Positions 1 to 12,591 of a stretch of DNA of 64,000 nucleotides are shown piece after piece. Position 1 is the stretch's first letter. Each line of letters opens with the position of its first letter. The translations under genes were made by a program, and so were the position numbers. This stretch comes from Octopus sinensis (Eukaryota): NCBI RefSeq assembly GCF_006345805.1, contig NC_043007.1, positions 28,396,001 through 28,460,000 on the forward strand, read 5' to 3'. Under the pieces are notes generated by a model. That model was given only the letters and a program-made list of their open reading frames with translations. It was not told the origin of the DNA and did no database searches.

Positions 1-762
1 AAAATTATAGGCCTGGCTGAGTCATTGGGGTAATTCACAATCTTTTGGTATCAAAAATAATTCCTACAGGAACTCCTGGTAATCAGATTGTCTCCTACTC
101 ACAATCAACTAATAATGAAGATAATTTGAGCCTCATCGATTATTCCGATCAGGAATGACAGAATTATCTTGATAAACTGAAATACTCCAAAATGAAGTTT
201 AGTTGGAATGGATAGATCAAAGATGTGAAAAGAAAGATTTTAGGAACCACAATAACATGAGTAACCTACATTTTAGTTATACAAGCCTGTTGCAAAGAAG
301 GGGATAAAGGCAGTGAAATTTATAATTAAAAAAAAAAAAACTGAAGATAAATGTGATATATAAAGGCTGAATTTTGTTTTTACTCTTAACAGTGTTGCTG
401 TACAAAACAACCATCATCATCATCCTCATTTAACGTCGGTTGTCCATGCTGGCATGGGTTGGACAGTTTGAGTGGGTTGGCACTTTCAATTAATTCACAG
501 TTTCAATTTAGTCCGGGATTTTTTGTCTGCTTATTTAGGTTTGTATCTAATCATTTCACCGTTTGTGTGTTGAGTTGTACGTGATTAAGTAGCTATGTTG
601 TGTTTGTGTTTCACTGAATTTGTTTATCATCATCATCAGCATCATTGTTTAATGTCCACTTTCCATGCTGGCATGGGTTGGATGGTTTGACAGGCGCTGG
701 CCAGACAGGAGCCTGCACCAGACTTCTTTCTGTTTTAGCAGGATTTTTACAGCAGGATGCTC

Positions 763-1933
763 GGTACTTCTTCGGAATCACCTCCACCATAACTTTTGAA
801 CCAGTAATTTTTTTTTTTTTTTTCAGATTCATGTTTTCGATATCGGAGATTACAATTTAGCAAAGAAAAATAAATTTAATTCTAACCCCCCCCCCCAGCT
901 ACACCTATATCCACCCAATTTATTTGCTTTGTTTTCAGCTGACAGGACATGCTGTCGTGCACCAAATGAAAGCTTCCAAATCCTGTTTTCCCGATCAGGT
1001 GAAAATTATCAAATTTTAAGCCTCTGTAACATTTTAAAAACATTTTTCTGGAAGAAGGGAAACAACTCCTGCAATTTAGCTGGGAAATGTACATTATTGT
1101 GCAAAATTTTAAAATTTTTGATAAACTTCAATTTTTGAAATGTTAATTGCCAAACTCAACTGGATCTATTATAGAACCGTTAAAAGTTAGTGTCAAACAT
1201 ACAATGAAGTTGATTAAAAAGATATACAAGCACAATTCAACTTCATTATTTAATTATGAAGTTTATTGATCTCAGAATCTATAATAGCCATCAATTGCTT
1301 GACTCAACAGCAACAATTAAATTGACAATTACATTTTGCCAAGATATTGGACTGTTACATCGTGTGACAGTTTGTTGCACATGTAACCAAAATATGGAAT
1401 TGACAAAGGGTGGTAAAACAAAGGAACGATTGAGATGGAGATTCAGAAGGCCATGTAGAAAGGAAAAAGGTTTGAGATGTAACACATTCTTTGCCAATAG
1501 TAATCTGGATTTAAGAGAAAATTTAATGTTCATTTACTTCTGGGTACATGAAGAAGCATCTGAAAGAAAATATTAACAGAGGCTGAGATGGAATAGTGAG
1601 ACTATTTGTAATTGGAAGAATTCCCTCTGTGACATATGCACAGTTGTTTCACTTTTTCCAGAAAAATGTTTTTAAAAAATTATAGAGGCTTAAAGTTTGA
1701 TAATTTTCTCCTGCAGGAAACAGGATTTGAAAGCTGTCATTTTGTGTGTGACAGCATGGCTTGTCAATTGTAAACAAAGTAAATAAATTAGGTGGGGGGT
1801 AATTGAGATTAAAAAACATTTTTTTTTGGTAAATTGTAATCTTTGATATCGAATACATGAATCTGAAAAACATTTTTCTTTTTAAATTACTGGTAAAAAA
1901 GTTATAAGGTGGGGGGAATTCCAAAGAATTACT
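763..1933 (+). mobile_element. Merlin (IS1016/ISXO2-like) DNA transposon, internally deleted
   Basis: Identical 8-bp TSD GGATGCTC (755-762 and 1934-1941); left end GGTAC; diverged TIRs of about 300 bp (763-~1075 and ~1635-1933). ORF 1256-1576 encodes a CxxC zinc-ribbon plus FF-x-S-x-L...IYFW transposase N-terminus, with no DDE region. Inserted into an RTE 3'UTR. Confidence 0.82.
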
Positions 1934-2769
1934 GGATGCTCTTCCAAACACTGACCATCCGGCAGAGTGGACTGAGTGCTTTTTAGGTGGCACAAGCACA
2001 GGCAAGCTCAGTTTTGACAAGATTTTTACAGCTAGATGCCCTTCCAAACATCAACCACTTTACAGTGTGAAATGAATGCTTTTTACGTGGCTTTATCACT
2101 GGTAGGGTCACCAACTAACTTGCAACACAAAGATCTTTTGAGAGGGAAGGGTGTATTGGAGGAGGGGATCTTTTGTCAGTTGATGAAAAAGTATAGTGAG
2201 ACAGAGAGACAGAAACAGGTGTCTTGCTGTAGAGGAGGTACATGGTTACCCAAACAGAGAGAGTGAGAGTGATCAGGAATGAGGACAGAAACAGGTGTGC
2301 CACTGTAAAAGAGATACATGGTTACCCAAGCTGAGGGAAGGGCAGGAGAAGGAGAGAAAGAGAGTGGGAGACAGCAAAAGTACAAGGGAGCAGAGGAGAG
2401 ATGGTGGCAAAGTGCCAGGCATATTCCCAAGGGACTGGGATCAGAATATAAATGGGATAGTTGAGTAAAAGAAGAGAGTGATGGAAGTATGAAGGTAATA
2501 ATATGAGTGGCAGGACATTGCCAAAGAAGCATGAGTAAAGAACTGGGAGGGGGAATGCAGTGAATGGTGAAAACCTGGGTATATAGAGGGGGTGGTACCG
2601 GACAGCAATAATACAGTGAACAGGGCCATGAGGACAGGATTGGAGAGTGAGAGGTAAGCATAGTGTGTGAAAAAAGAGATGTGAGAAAGAGTTGAGATGT
2701 AGTTAGGTTTGTTGGGGTAGGACATGTGAAAAATGTTCTTGTTATGTGTGGGTGGAACACAGTGCTACT

Positions 2770-5525
2770 AGAACTCAGTTTTGCTGAAGTGGGCGAGTCT
2801 TCTCAAGAACTTCATTTCACCAGATATCTCAGTCCATTGTCATTTCCTCTGTGAGGTCCAGCATCTTGAGATCGGTCCATACCACTTCAGCCCATGTCTT
2901 CCTGGGCCTCCCTCTTCCATGGGTACCATCTACTTTCAATGAATGACACTTCGTTCATATATATTCTCTTGCATACTGCATTTGATTCCTATTATACCCA
3001 ACTTTTCTCTCAATACATCTGCACTTTGTCATACATGCACGCTGATGTTGTACATGCAATGGAACATACTGCCTTCATTTTCTCTCCAGTCTATGCATGT
3101 ATTCTGCATTCAGAGCCCATGTCTCATTACCATGAAGTACAGCCATTTGTACACAAGCATCGTACAATCTACCTGAGAGAATCTTTTTGTTGCCAACAGA
3201 GGTAATAGTTCTCTGAACTTCCTCCATCCTATTCTTATTCTAGAAACAATTTCAGAACATCCTCCATCATTGCTAATTTGGTCACCTAGGTAACAGAAAC
3301 TATCTACAACCTCCAAAGAGCCTCCTGGATATTTGTGAGAGACTAATGGATACATAAGAGGTAAAATAGAATCTCTCTGTGATTCTATTGTACCTCTTAT
3401 GTATCCATAGCTTATGTTGGATGCAGTGAATGGAATCACTTCCAATTGCTTGCCTACATATTGAGCAAGGCCATTTACCTGACAGAAAGAGTCTTATCTT
3501 CTTTCTTGACTTTAAAGCCATTTGATTCCAAGGTTTTGCTTCCATATCTGGAATTTCTTTTCCGATTCTGCTACAGATTCTGCAATAAGAGCAAGGTCAT
3601 CTGCATAAAGCAGTTCCCACAGGCGTCCAGTTTTGAATTCCTTTGTTATGGCCTGAAGGACTATAATGAATGAGAGTGCACTGAGAACTGAACCTTAGTG
3701 AACCCCTACTTGTATGCTAAATTAATTACTGTATTCATGGCCAACTCTCATCTTAGTGACAGCACCACTGTACATGGCTTGTACAGTTCTAACAAACCAC
3801 TGCTCTACTCCTAGCTTGCTCAGAGACCTCTAGAAACAGAGTGGGTAACTGTTGAAAGCTTTCTCTAGGTAAATGAAAGTTAAGTACAATAGCTTGCTTT
3901 TGGCCAAATACTTTTCCTGCAGCTGTCTCACTAGGAAGATGGCATCTTCCCAGGTGCAAAACCTGGTCTAGCAGTTTGATACCTCTGTAGTTGGTTTTAT
4001 CTGAGACATCACCTTTACTCTTGTAACAGCTAACTATAATACTACTACACCAATCATTGGGGGTGACACCTTCTTGAATAACCCGATTAACTATAAGGGC
4101 GACTAGGCTGTATCCTACACTACTGGATATTTTAATCATCCTAGAAGTGATTCCTGATGGTTCAGAGGCTTCCGCTGTCTTCATATTCTTAATTGCCTTA
4201 TCTATTATGCTGCTGTCAACTCTAATGGCTGGTCCCTCAAGTTGTTCGATATTTGAATGACTCTTCTTCTCCCATTCATTTTCCACATTTAGTAACCATT
4301 CATAGTGACACTTCCATGCATCTTTCTTCTCTGAGTCACCAAGCACAAGCATACCATTATCCATTTGCACACATTTCTCACCCACCACATCTCTATTCTC
4401 TCTGATACACTACTTTGCAATCCTGAAAGCTTCATGCCTCTGATCCTCATTTTGTAGAGCATTTGCAAATGTCTTACCTTCTACTGTTCCTTTTGCTATA
4501 TAAACCTAACATAGCTGTCCTTCTGGCAACCCTATTATAATTCTCTGCCTGTCTCTTTGCTTTTATAGCATTATCTACCTCCTTGCTCCATCACTATGTC
4601 ACTCTTGGCCGAGCTGGGATTCTGTACCAACCACAGAGCCCTCAGTAGATTCTCCTGCAGGAACTTCCAATTCTCCTCTAAGGTATATGTCTCCATTTCT
4701 TCCTCTCTCATCAGAAGCTTTCATTAGGAAATCTCTCAATGTTTGTCTGTTTGTTGGGTCTTTGAGTTTCCATGGTCTTCTTTTCCAGATTGGTTTATTT
4801 CTGTGAGTCTTTCTAGCTCTAATTCTGAAGTCACTAACTAGTAGCCTATGTTGGGTTGTACACTCTTTACCTAGAAAGATTTTGTATTTGCAAGCATCAG
4901 TCAACCTCATTGTCTGGTGAGGAGGTAGTCAATCTGGCTCATGTACCCATCAGACTGATAAGTGATTAGGTGGCTGGCTGGTTTTCTGAAGTTAGTGTTG
5001 CAGATTGTGAGATTATTTGCATCACAGAACTCCAGCAGTCTTGTTCTCTCCTCATTCCTAGGGCCAAAACCATAACCACCATGCACTCCATGGAATCCAT
5101 GAGGATGCTGTCCAACATGTCCACTGAAGTCACCAGCCACAATAATGAAGTCTCTGTTATTTGTTGTTGAGGTAGTCTGCAAAAGGACCTCATAGAATTG
5201 GTCCTGCTCATCAGCCAACCCAGACTGAGGAGCATAAGCAGAGATAAATGTAAGTGTTCATTTACCTATGATAAGTCTCATCTTAATTACCCTATCACAT
5301 ACTATGATTACCTCAATTACTTTATCTACTTACTTTTCTGCTAACAATATGCCTACACCATCCACTCCATCACTCCTGCTTACCCAGAAGAATTTGAATC
5401 TCTGTGCCTTACCCATGAGGGATCTAGCAGAGGCTTCTCTCCATCTTACTTCTTACACACCATACACATCAACATGACATCACTCCAACATTTCAATAAT
5501 CTCCCCACGCCTTCCTTTCATTGTG
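2770..5525 (-). mobile_element. Degenerate near-full-length RTE-clade LINE ORF (APE endonuclease + RT)
   Basis: Frameshifted segments: endonuclease (AGDFSGHVG, QIDYLL), YRGIKLL, ELLYADDL and C-terminal GRGRPRKTW. Confidence 0.88.
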
Positions 5526-6059
5526 ATGGTGAGAAGGCAGTTGTGGAAGTTTTGTCATCTGCTGAAAAGAAGATCTGCACAAACAAATGCTTTCCAGCCA
5601 GCATGAAGCTTTGCTACATAGTTTATTCAGTGAATTACAATAAATCAGTTTCCCCATTCCATACAATATCCAGAGCAAAAGCCCAGAAGAGATGAAGAGG
5701 GTATGAGAATAGAGCATGAAGGTTGACCAGGAAGAGAGGATAGGGCGGTTATGTAGGACAGTTTAAAATATATGTCTAAATGTTTATATATGTGGCACCT
5801 TTAACTGTATACAACACTCATCTGGATGCCTGCATGAAGGTATATGAGACAAAGAGAAAAGTAAGCAGAATATGTACTCACACTGGAGGAGTATGGGAGT
5901 CGTCAGGTGAAACAGTTCATGTACAAATTAAAATTGTGGTGGTGGGGGAGAGTGGGGGTATAACATATGCAAAATTGGACACTGTGCACAGACCCTATGC
6001 AAACGGGGTTTAGTCCCTACTTAGCTCAACAGGCTTATAAGAAAAAGTCATAATATTTA

Positions 6060-7690
6060 ACTATTTCTTTTATTTGTTTCAGTCATTTGACTGCAGCCAT
6101 GCTGAAGCACTGCCTTTAGTTGAACAAATTGACCCCAGGACTTATTCTTTGTAAGCCTAGCACTTATTCTATCAGTCTCTTTTGCTGAGCCACTAGGTTA
6201 CAGGGATGTAAACACACCAACATCAACTGTCAAGCGACGGTGGGGGGACAAACACAAACACTCAAACATATACATATACAGGGTACATAAGGTATTTGAG
6301 GACGTACCTTTTTGGGGTCACTGCAGCATATTTTGCTCACTGTATAATCTTTGTTTCAGAAAATAATAATGGCAGACCCTCAGCTTACTCAAGAAATAAA
6401 GAGGCATGCTGTTATTGTGGTTATAAAGTCTGAGCATAACAATTTAGAAATATCTTGAGTTTTAAAAGTTTCCAGATCTTTCATCTACAAAGTTTGTAAG
6501 GAGCTAGAGACTGAAGATGGAAACGTATCACCAGTATCAAAGCATAAAAAGCATTCTAAATGTTCTGAAATCATCAGAACACCTGAATTTATCCAGTAAG
6601 TTCAACAGACCTTTCATTACAATCCCAGAAAGTCCATGAAGTTAGTTGCAAAAGATCTCCATGTGTCAGAAGGAAAAGTCAGAAATGTTGTCCATGAAGA
6701 CATTAGTTATAAGTCTTATATGATGAGAAAAGGTCAATTTTTCAGAAAAGCAAAAGAAAATCACTACATCAGATCTAAAAGGCTCTTAAACAAACTGAAA
6801 AATTCAGCAGAAGATTTGATTTGGTTTTTCTCTAATGAGAAAAACTTCGACCAAGATCAAAAAGTTAACAGAAGAAATGACAGATGGTTATGTGCAAATG
6901 TTATGCATACAAAATTTCCTGCAACTGTCATGGTTTTTGGGGTTGTCAGCAATGAAGGACATGTGATGCCTCCTTACTTCTTTCCACAAGGCCTTAGAAT
7001 TAACTCTGCCACCTACATTGATGTCCTGGAAATAATTGTTAAGCCCTGAATAGACAGTGTATGCAATGGAAGGCCATATATGTTTCAGTAAAACTCAGCA
7101 CTATCTCACATGACTCTAGTAACACAGGAATGAATGGCTGAAAATTTTCATGATCACATAACCCCTAACATTTGACCTCCTAATTCCCCAGATCTCAATC
7201 CATTGGACTATTACATGCGGAGTGTTGTTGAGAGGGAGGTCAATGAACATGCCCACAACACCAAAGATTCTTTGAAAGCTGCCATAGTCAGAGTAATGTC
7301 CAGAATGAACCAGGACCACTTGATTCAAGCATGTAGATGATTTAGTTCTCATATAGAAGCAGTTGTTGAAGCTGAAGGAGGCTTTATTGAATAACATTAT
7401 AGAAAAGATTTATTTTTATCCCCATAGCATTTTTTGTAAAGTTATTATCTGTTATTATATATCTAATTTTTATTAACATAAATCTGTCCTCAAATATCTT
7501 ACACACCCTGTATGTATCTATATATACGACAAGCTTCTTCCAATTTCTGTCTGCCAAATCCACTCATAAGGCTTTGGTCAGCCTGAAACTACAGTAGAAG
7601 ACATTTACCCGAGATGCAATGCAGTGGGACTGAACCTGGGAGTATGTGGTTGGTAAGCAAGCTACTTACCACACAGCAACTCCTAAGCCT
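6060..7690 (-). mobile_element. tRNA-derived SINE split by the maT insertion (pieces ~6060-6278 and ~7511-7690)
   Basis: Minus-strand head with A-box-like TGTGTGGTAAG and B-box GGTTCAGTCCC near 7690-7620; the body resumes on the other side of the transposon. Confidence 0.65.
6279..7510 (+). mobile_element. Tc1/mariner-superfamily DD37D (maT-type) transposon, inactive full-length copy
   Basis: TA on both flanks; TIR CAGGGTACATAAGGTATTTGAGGA vs CAGGGTGTGTAAGATATTTGAGGA (20/24). The transposase frame 6369-7394 has premature stops, with FS(N)EK, Q*(N)SA and, 37 residues later, SPDLNPLD. Confidence 0.88.
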
Positions 7691-8199
7691 ATTATTATTA
7701 ACACTAAATTAATACACATGTACATTCAAATCGACAAATTTATTGTATAAACATTTTGCAATGAGGAGGGAGGCTGGCTGAAACTGAAACTGAAATGGAA
7801 TACATGTGGTTTTGGCAATTGAGATATTGAAAGAAGGGGGAAACCTAGATTTATTGACGATTTATTTGAATAATAATAAAAAAAACTTAGCTGTTGACTC
7901 AGGAGAGAGTGAGCTGTTGTTTCATGAATAGCAAACCAGCAAAGGAATGATATTAGAGGAAACTATTTTCTAAATATACGACAGATGCTGTGCACAGACC
8001 CTAAAGTTCAGTCCTATATATATTGTATAGATTATGCTTACCCTTGAAATGCACAGGATAAATACTCAATACAACCAGCTGTTACCTTGTAGCACACATA
8101 CATACACACACATGTGCATACGTACATACATATGTATGTCAGTACATACATACGCACAAACAAAAATACCCAGTTGTTGATCATGAAATTCCAATGAAG

Positions 8200-8655
8200 G
8201 AACCTTGGATCTAGGTTAGAAACTGGTTCTTACTCTATTGGCAAGAAATCTTGAAATAAAATGAATAATGACATACATACAAACATACATGCATGCATAC
8301 ATACATACATACATGCATGCATACATACATACATACATACATGCATGCAATGGTTGGCAGATACTTTCATGTAATGTAATCAAATGAAGTTTATTTTTCA
8401 TCACAGTTCGCTTGCAGTCCACATACATCTTCCATCAGTGTTGCAGTGCTTGGATGAAGAAGTTTTTGTCTTGTTGCTCAAATAAGTAAGCAACAGTAGA
8501 TATGATATCATCATCATTGTGATACTGGTTCCCAGTCAAGTGGGGGTTTTTTTCTTTTTTTTTTTTGGTGTTGGGGAATAGAAGATAGTCAGATGGGGTT
8601 AAATCAGTCGAATAAGGAGGGGAATCAACCAGTTCAAAGCCACAGTTACACACTG
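8200..8655 (-). mobile_element. mariner transposase C-terminal fragment
   Basis: SPPYSTDLTPSDYLLFP matches the mariner YSPDLAPSD motif. Confidence 0.7.
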
Positions 8656-10169
8656 CATAGACAGACAGACAGCCACATACAGTCAGACAAACAGACGGTC
8701 AGGAAGACAGACTTATTATTCCTACAAAAAAGATACATGTAATATAAAATCTCCCTTGGTATTATTGTTGAATTCTGAAAATCTTGATTCTGTTTGTTGG
8801 TGAAACTTAGTCTAAAAGGATTTTTTGAAGTTTGTAAAAGTGGATTTTGCTTTCTTGACTGTGATGTGAGTGTTTTATGATAACGATTGCTGTTGATGGG
8901 TTGTTTACCAAGACAGTGTGAGTTGAAAGAGAAGGTAATGTCCTGGGAAGAGTTGTCATAGGTTTGTGTGTGGATTGTTTAGGATATAAAGGGGAGTTAG
9001 TTGTGATATCACTTCTTGTTACCTGTGCTATTTGAAAACCAAATGTTTAATAAAATGAAATCTTCCAATGGTGTTTGGGTGTGCAACTTAGTGGGGTGTT
9101 ACAAGAAGAGGAGAGTCAGGTGGGAATGGATATTGTGCTAGTTATCAATCATATTCCTGATTTTACTGTTGTTGTAATGTAAATATTTCTGTCCAGGTTT
9201 TCAGAACTTCCTGACTGAGTCATTGATTTATCTTCACTAGACATTCTTGAATTCAGCAGCAAAAATATTTGTGGTCTACCCTCACTCACTTCTTCATAAC
9301 AGGCTTGTATGTCTACAAAGTACATTACTCATATCATTATGGTTCTAAAATCTTTCTTTGATCCAACATCTATATTCTGTCCATTACAACTAAACCTAAT
9401 TCTTGATCATTTTAGTTTGTAAAAATATTTCTGTTGATTTCTGATGGTAAAAAAAAAATGATGAAGCTCAAATTATTTTCATCATTGTATGTGGGAGGAG
9501 GGGGGGTACAATTGATTGTATGTGGCTGAAGGGGGTACAATTATCACTTAATAATAAATAGTGGTACAGGAATGAGTGCAGTGTTGTGTAGTTGTAGTGT
9601 GTAGTGGTGATTAACTCTGCCTATTCAGCTACAAGTTGATAACTCCAAAACTGAAATACTTAGCTTTTGGCAATGCATTCTACAAAAATACTCAACAAAT
9701 ATCAACTGATTGCTGGTCTTCATCTTGGAAGTACTTTCCCAATGTTTTCTGAGTTGACATAAAGGAAAATTGCTTCTACTGGTGACAAAGATATTCCTCA
9801 ATAAGGGCAACCATAAACTTATATATTTCTTTATTGATTTCCTTAATGTCCAAGTAATGAGGAGAAAGAGAGATATGAGGTACTACTGGCAGTTCACTGA
9901 TGTAGCCACATGCCAGATGTTGTAGTCTTTCCTCAAACTATGACACCAGTAATCACCATCAATATTTAACGTCCATTTTCCATATTGGCATGGGCCGGAC
10001 AGCTTGACAGGGGTCTTATGAGGTTCCACAATCTGTTTTGGCTTGGTTTCTATAGCTGGATGCCCTTCCTAAAACCAATCACTTTACAGAATGTACTGGG
10101 TGCTTTTTACATGGCACCATCACCAGTGTTTTTTATGTAGCACCTTGGTTTTAGGATCCCAATTCTGTC

Positions 10170-11215
10170 GCAGTGGGTGGGTCTTCTTTACAGTCCCAAA
10201 TGATGAGAAAGTCAATATAAGAGGTATAGAGAAAACAGCAAAGTACCAAGACCTGGCCACTGAATTACAAAGGCTATGAAAGGTGCAGGTAAAATGTATC
10301 CCAGTAGTTATATGTGCATTAGGATCTATACCTAAAGATTGGAACAGATAGATAAAGGAAATAGGCATAAAACCTAATTAAGTGCAACTCCAGAAAGCAT
10401 TGTTATTAGGGACAGCTAGGATACTTAGGAAGGTCCTTGGTATCTAAGGTTACTTGTTGTAATCCGATGTTAAAATTTTTTCCAACAGTTTAATTTGTTG
10501 TATGTATATGAAATAATAATAATACTAATAATAATGACAATCACACAGATATTATGGAAAGTGACAGCAGGGTACACTTCGAAAAGTGGGGGAAAAGTTG
10601 AATCATGTGTTGCATAGGAATGACATAGATCTGTTGTAAGAGTGAGTGTGAAATAAATGGTGTGGTCTCAACAGTGGAGATATTCTGTAATGATGTTAGG
10701 AAGAAATTTGGGATTAATAAGTGTGGTGTGCTTATCATAAACAAAGGGAAAGTAATGTCAACTGATGGTGTAGAGCTGGCTAACAGTGAGAGAATTAAGA
10801 ATGGTGAGGTGGATGGATTTAAGTATCTGGGTATTTTAGAGTGTGACAAAATTAAGGAGTGTGAAATGAAGGAAGGCTTTAGGTGAGAATACCTCAGAAC
10901 CAAATTAATTATGGAGAATAGATTCAATGGAAAGAACAAGATCAGAGAAATGAATACATAGGCTGTCTGCTTAATGTGATTTGGTGCAGGTGTTGTTAAT
11001 GGACAAAGAATGAGCTTGAGGAAATTGATGACAAAGAGCAAAGGATTGCACATTAAAAGCAATGTCAATAGATTGTATGTGTCCAGAAACAAGGCTGGAA
11101 GAGGGCTCATAGGATGCAAGATCTGTGTTATCGATGAAGAAAACTGTCTGGGATGGAACATAAAACAACAAATAGATGGCACATTTCTGTAGGTCTTGAG
11201 ATGTGAAAAGACTTG
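10170..11215 (+). mobile_element. R4/Dong-like (restriction-like endonuclease) non-LTR retrotransposon fragments
   Basis: EKTAKYQDL...IPVVICALG...LQKALLLGTARILRKVL followed by a (TAA)n tail at about 10512-10535; FKYLGILE and RLYVSRNKAGRGL further right. Confidence 0.7.
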
Positions 11216-12591
11216 CTGCCACTAAACCTCAAGATAACATTTCTGTTAAGTAAATTAAGATGCAATAGCTTGGCAGTGGTGGTAATGATGATGATGATGA
11301 TATTGTGGTCAAATAAATTGTACACAAGCAGTGGATCTTATACAAGGTAAACAAATAAATAGATTTGAATTTTTATTTACCCTTGCTATTATTAACTTTC
11401 ATGTGACAAGAAATATGTTAGGTTGTATGGTAGAATATGTCACAGCTGGAGCAAACCTCATCCAGTTTAAAAGTTTGACATGATTAGTAACAGAGATAAC
11501 CAAGATGAAATCAGTACATTGGGTTTAGTTTAGGAATAAGTTTTAAGCTGTTGACTCCTGTCATATAAGTGTCAGTATGATTATACAATGCAACACACGA
11601 AAATTTCAAACTTTGTAGCCGTGTCAAACCTATATCAGTAGTAGTAGTAGTAGTAGTAGTAGGGAGCTGTGCCATATATCAGCATATTGCTGACCCCCAA
11701 CCCCCCCCCCCCCGCCACATTTGTTGTCGATTACCTACTACTGGCAGATGACATCTTTGCCCCACTCAGGCAACAAACCTTCAACCCATGGGTCTCTTTC
11801 TTGGGTAAGTTGTTGCTAGTGAGGATTTTATGAGGTCAGAGTACAAACCCTACCTCAACCTCTTTTAGTCACTTTTTACGATATGCAGACGAAACATTGA
11901 GTCTATTCTTTGATATGCCGGTTTCCACACAATACTAGAGCAATGTAAAATGCAATGTTTTGCTCAAGAAAACAACACACTACTCAATCCAGGAAATGAA
12001 CACACGATCTGACGGTCATGAAAGCAACACACTAACTACTTGATCACATACTTTAACAGAATAGAAAAAATAATTTTTTTTAAACCCGAGATGCAGAAAA
12101 GGTTTTAAATGTACGAGAACATAGTTTTATTCATCCATATGATACATGGAACAATATGGATAAAGTTAGTTGAGGAAATATAAACACTGGTAGAGTACAG
12201 TTCAATAAGAGTACAAAAATATACCAAACATTTGAACACCTACAATCAGTCATAAAATAACATCTAATATTGCCATTACACTTTTCAACAGTAAAGGACA
12301 TTGCAGGAAAGTATAACACAAGAAACACTTGAATACAATTTATTGAAATATAACACACAGTAAGAAATTCAAGTATATTAAACCCAACCCTGGTGAATAC
12401 CACATCTCATCCTAGTGTCTATTACACATACACACACTCCCGCTTTCATTTTCTCTGGTTTCTAACTACATCTCACTTCAGTGTCTATCACACCCAACCC
12501 TGGTGAATACCACATCTCAGCCTGATGTCTACCTCATCTGACAGTAGATGAGATCCAGTGGTTGGTTGGTTTTCTCCACATTGTTATTGTC

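Noticed and set aside
2176-2760. 194-aa minus-strand ORF (and similar S/L-rich ORFs at 50454-50845)
   Set aside because: Translation of purine/pyrimidine-skewed low-complexity repeat sequence with no recognisable domain or splice context.
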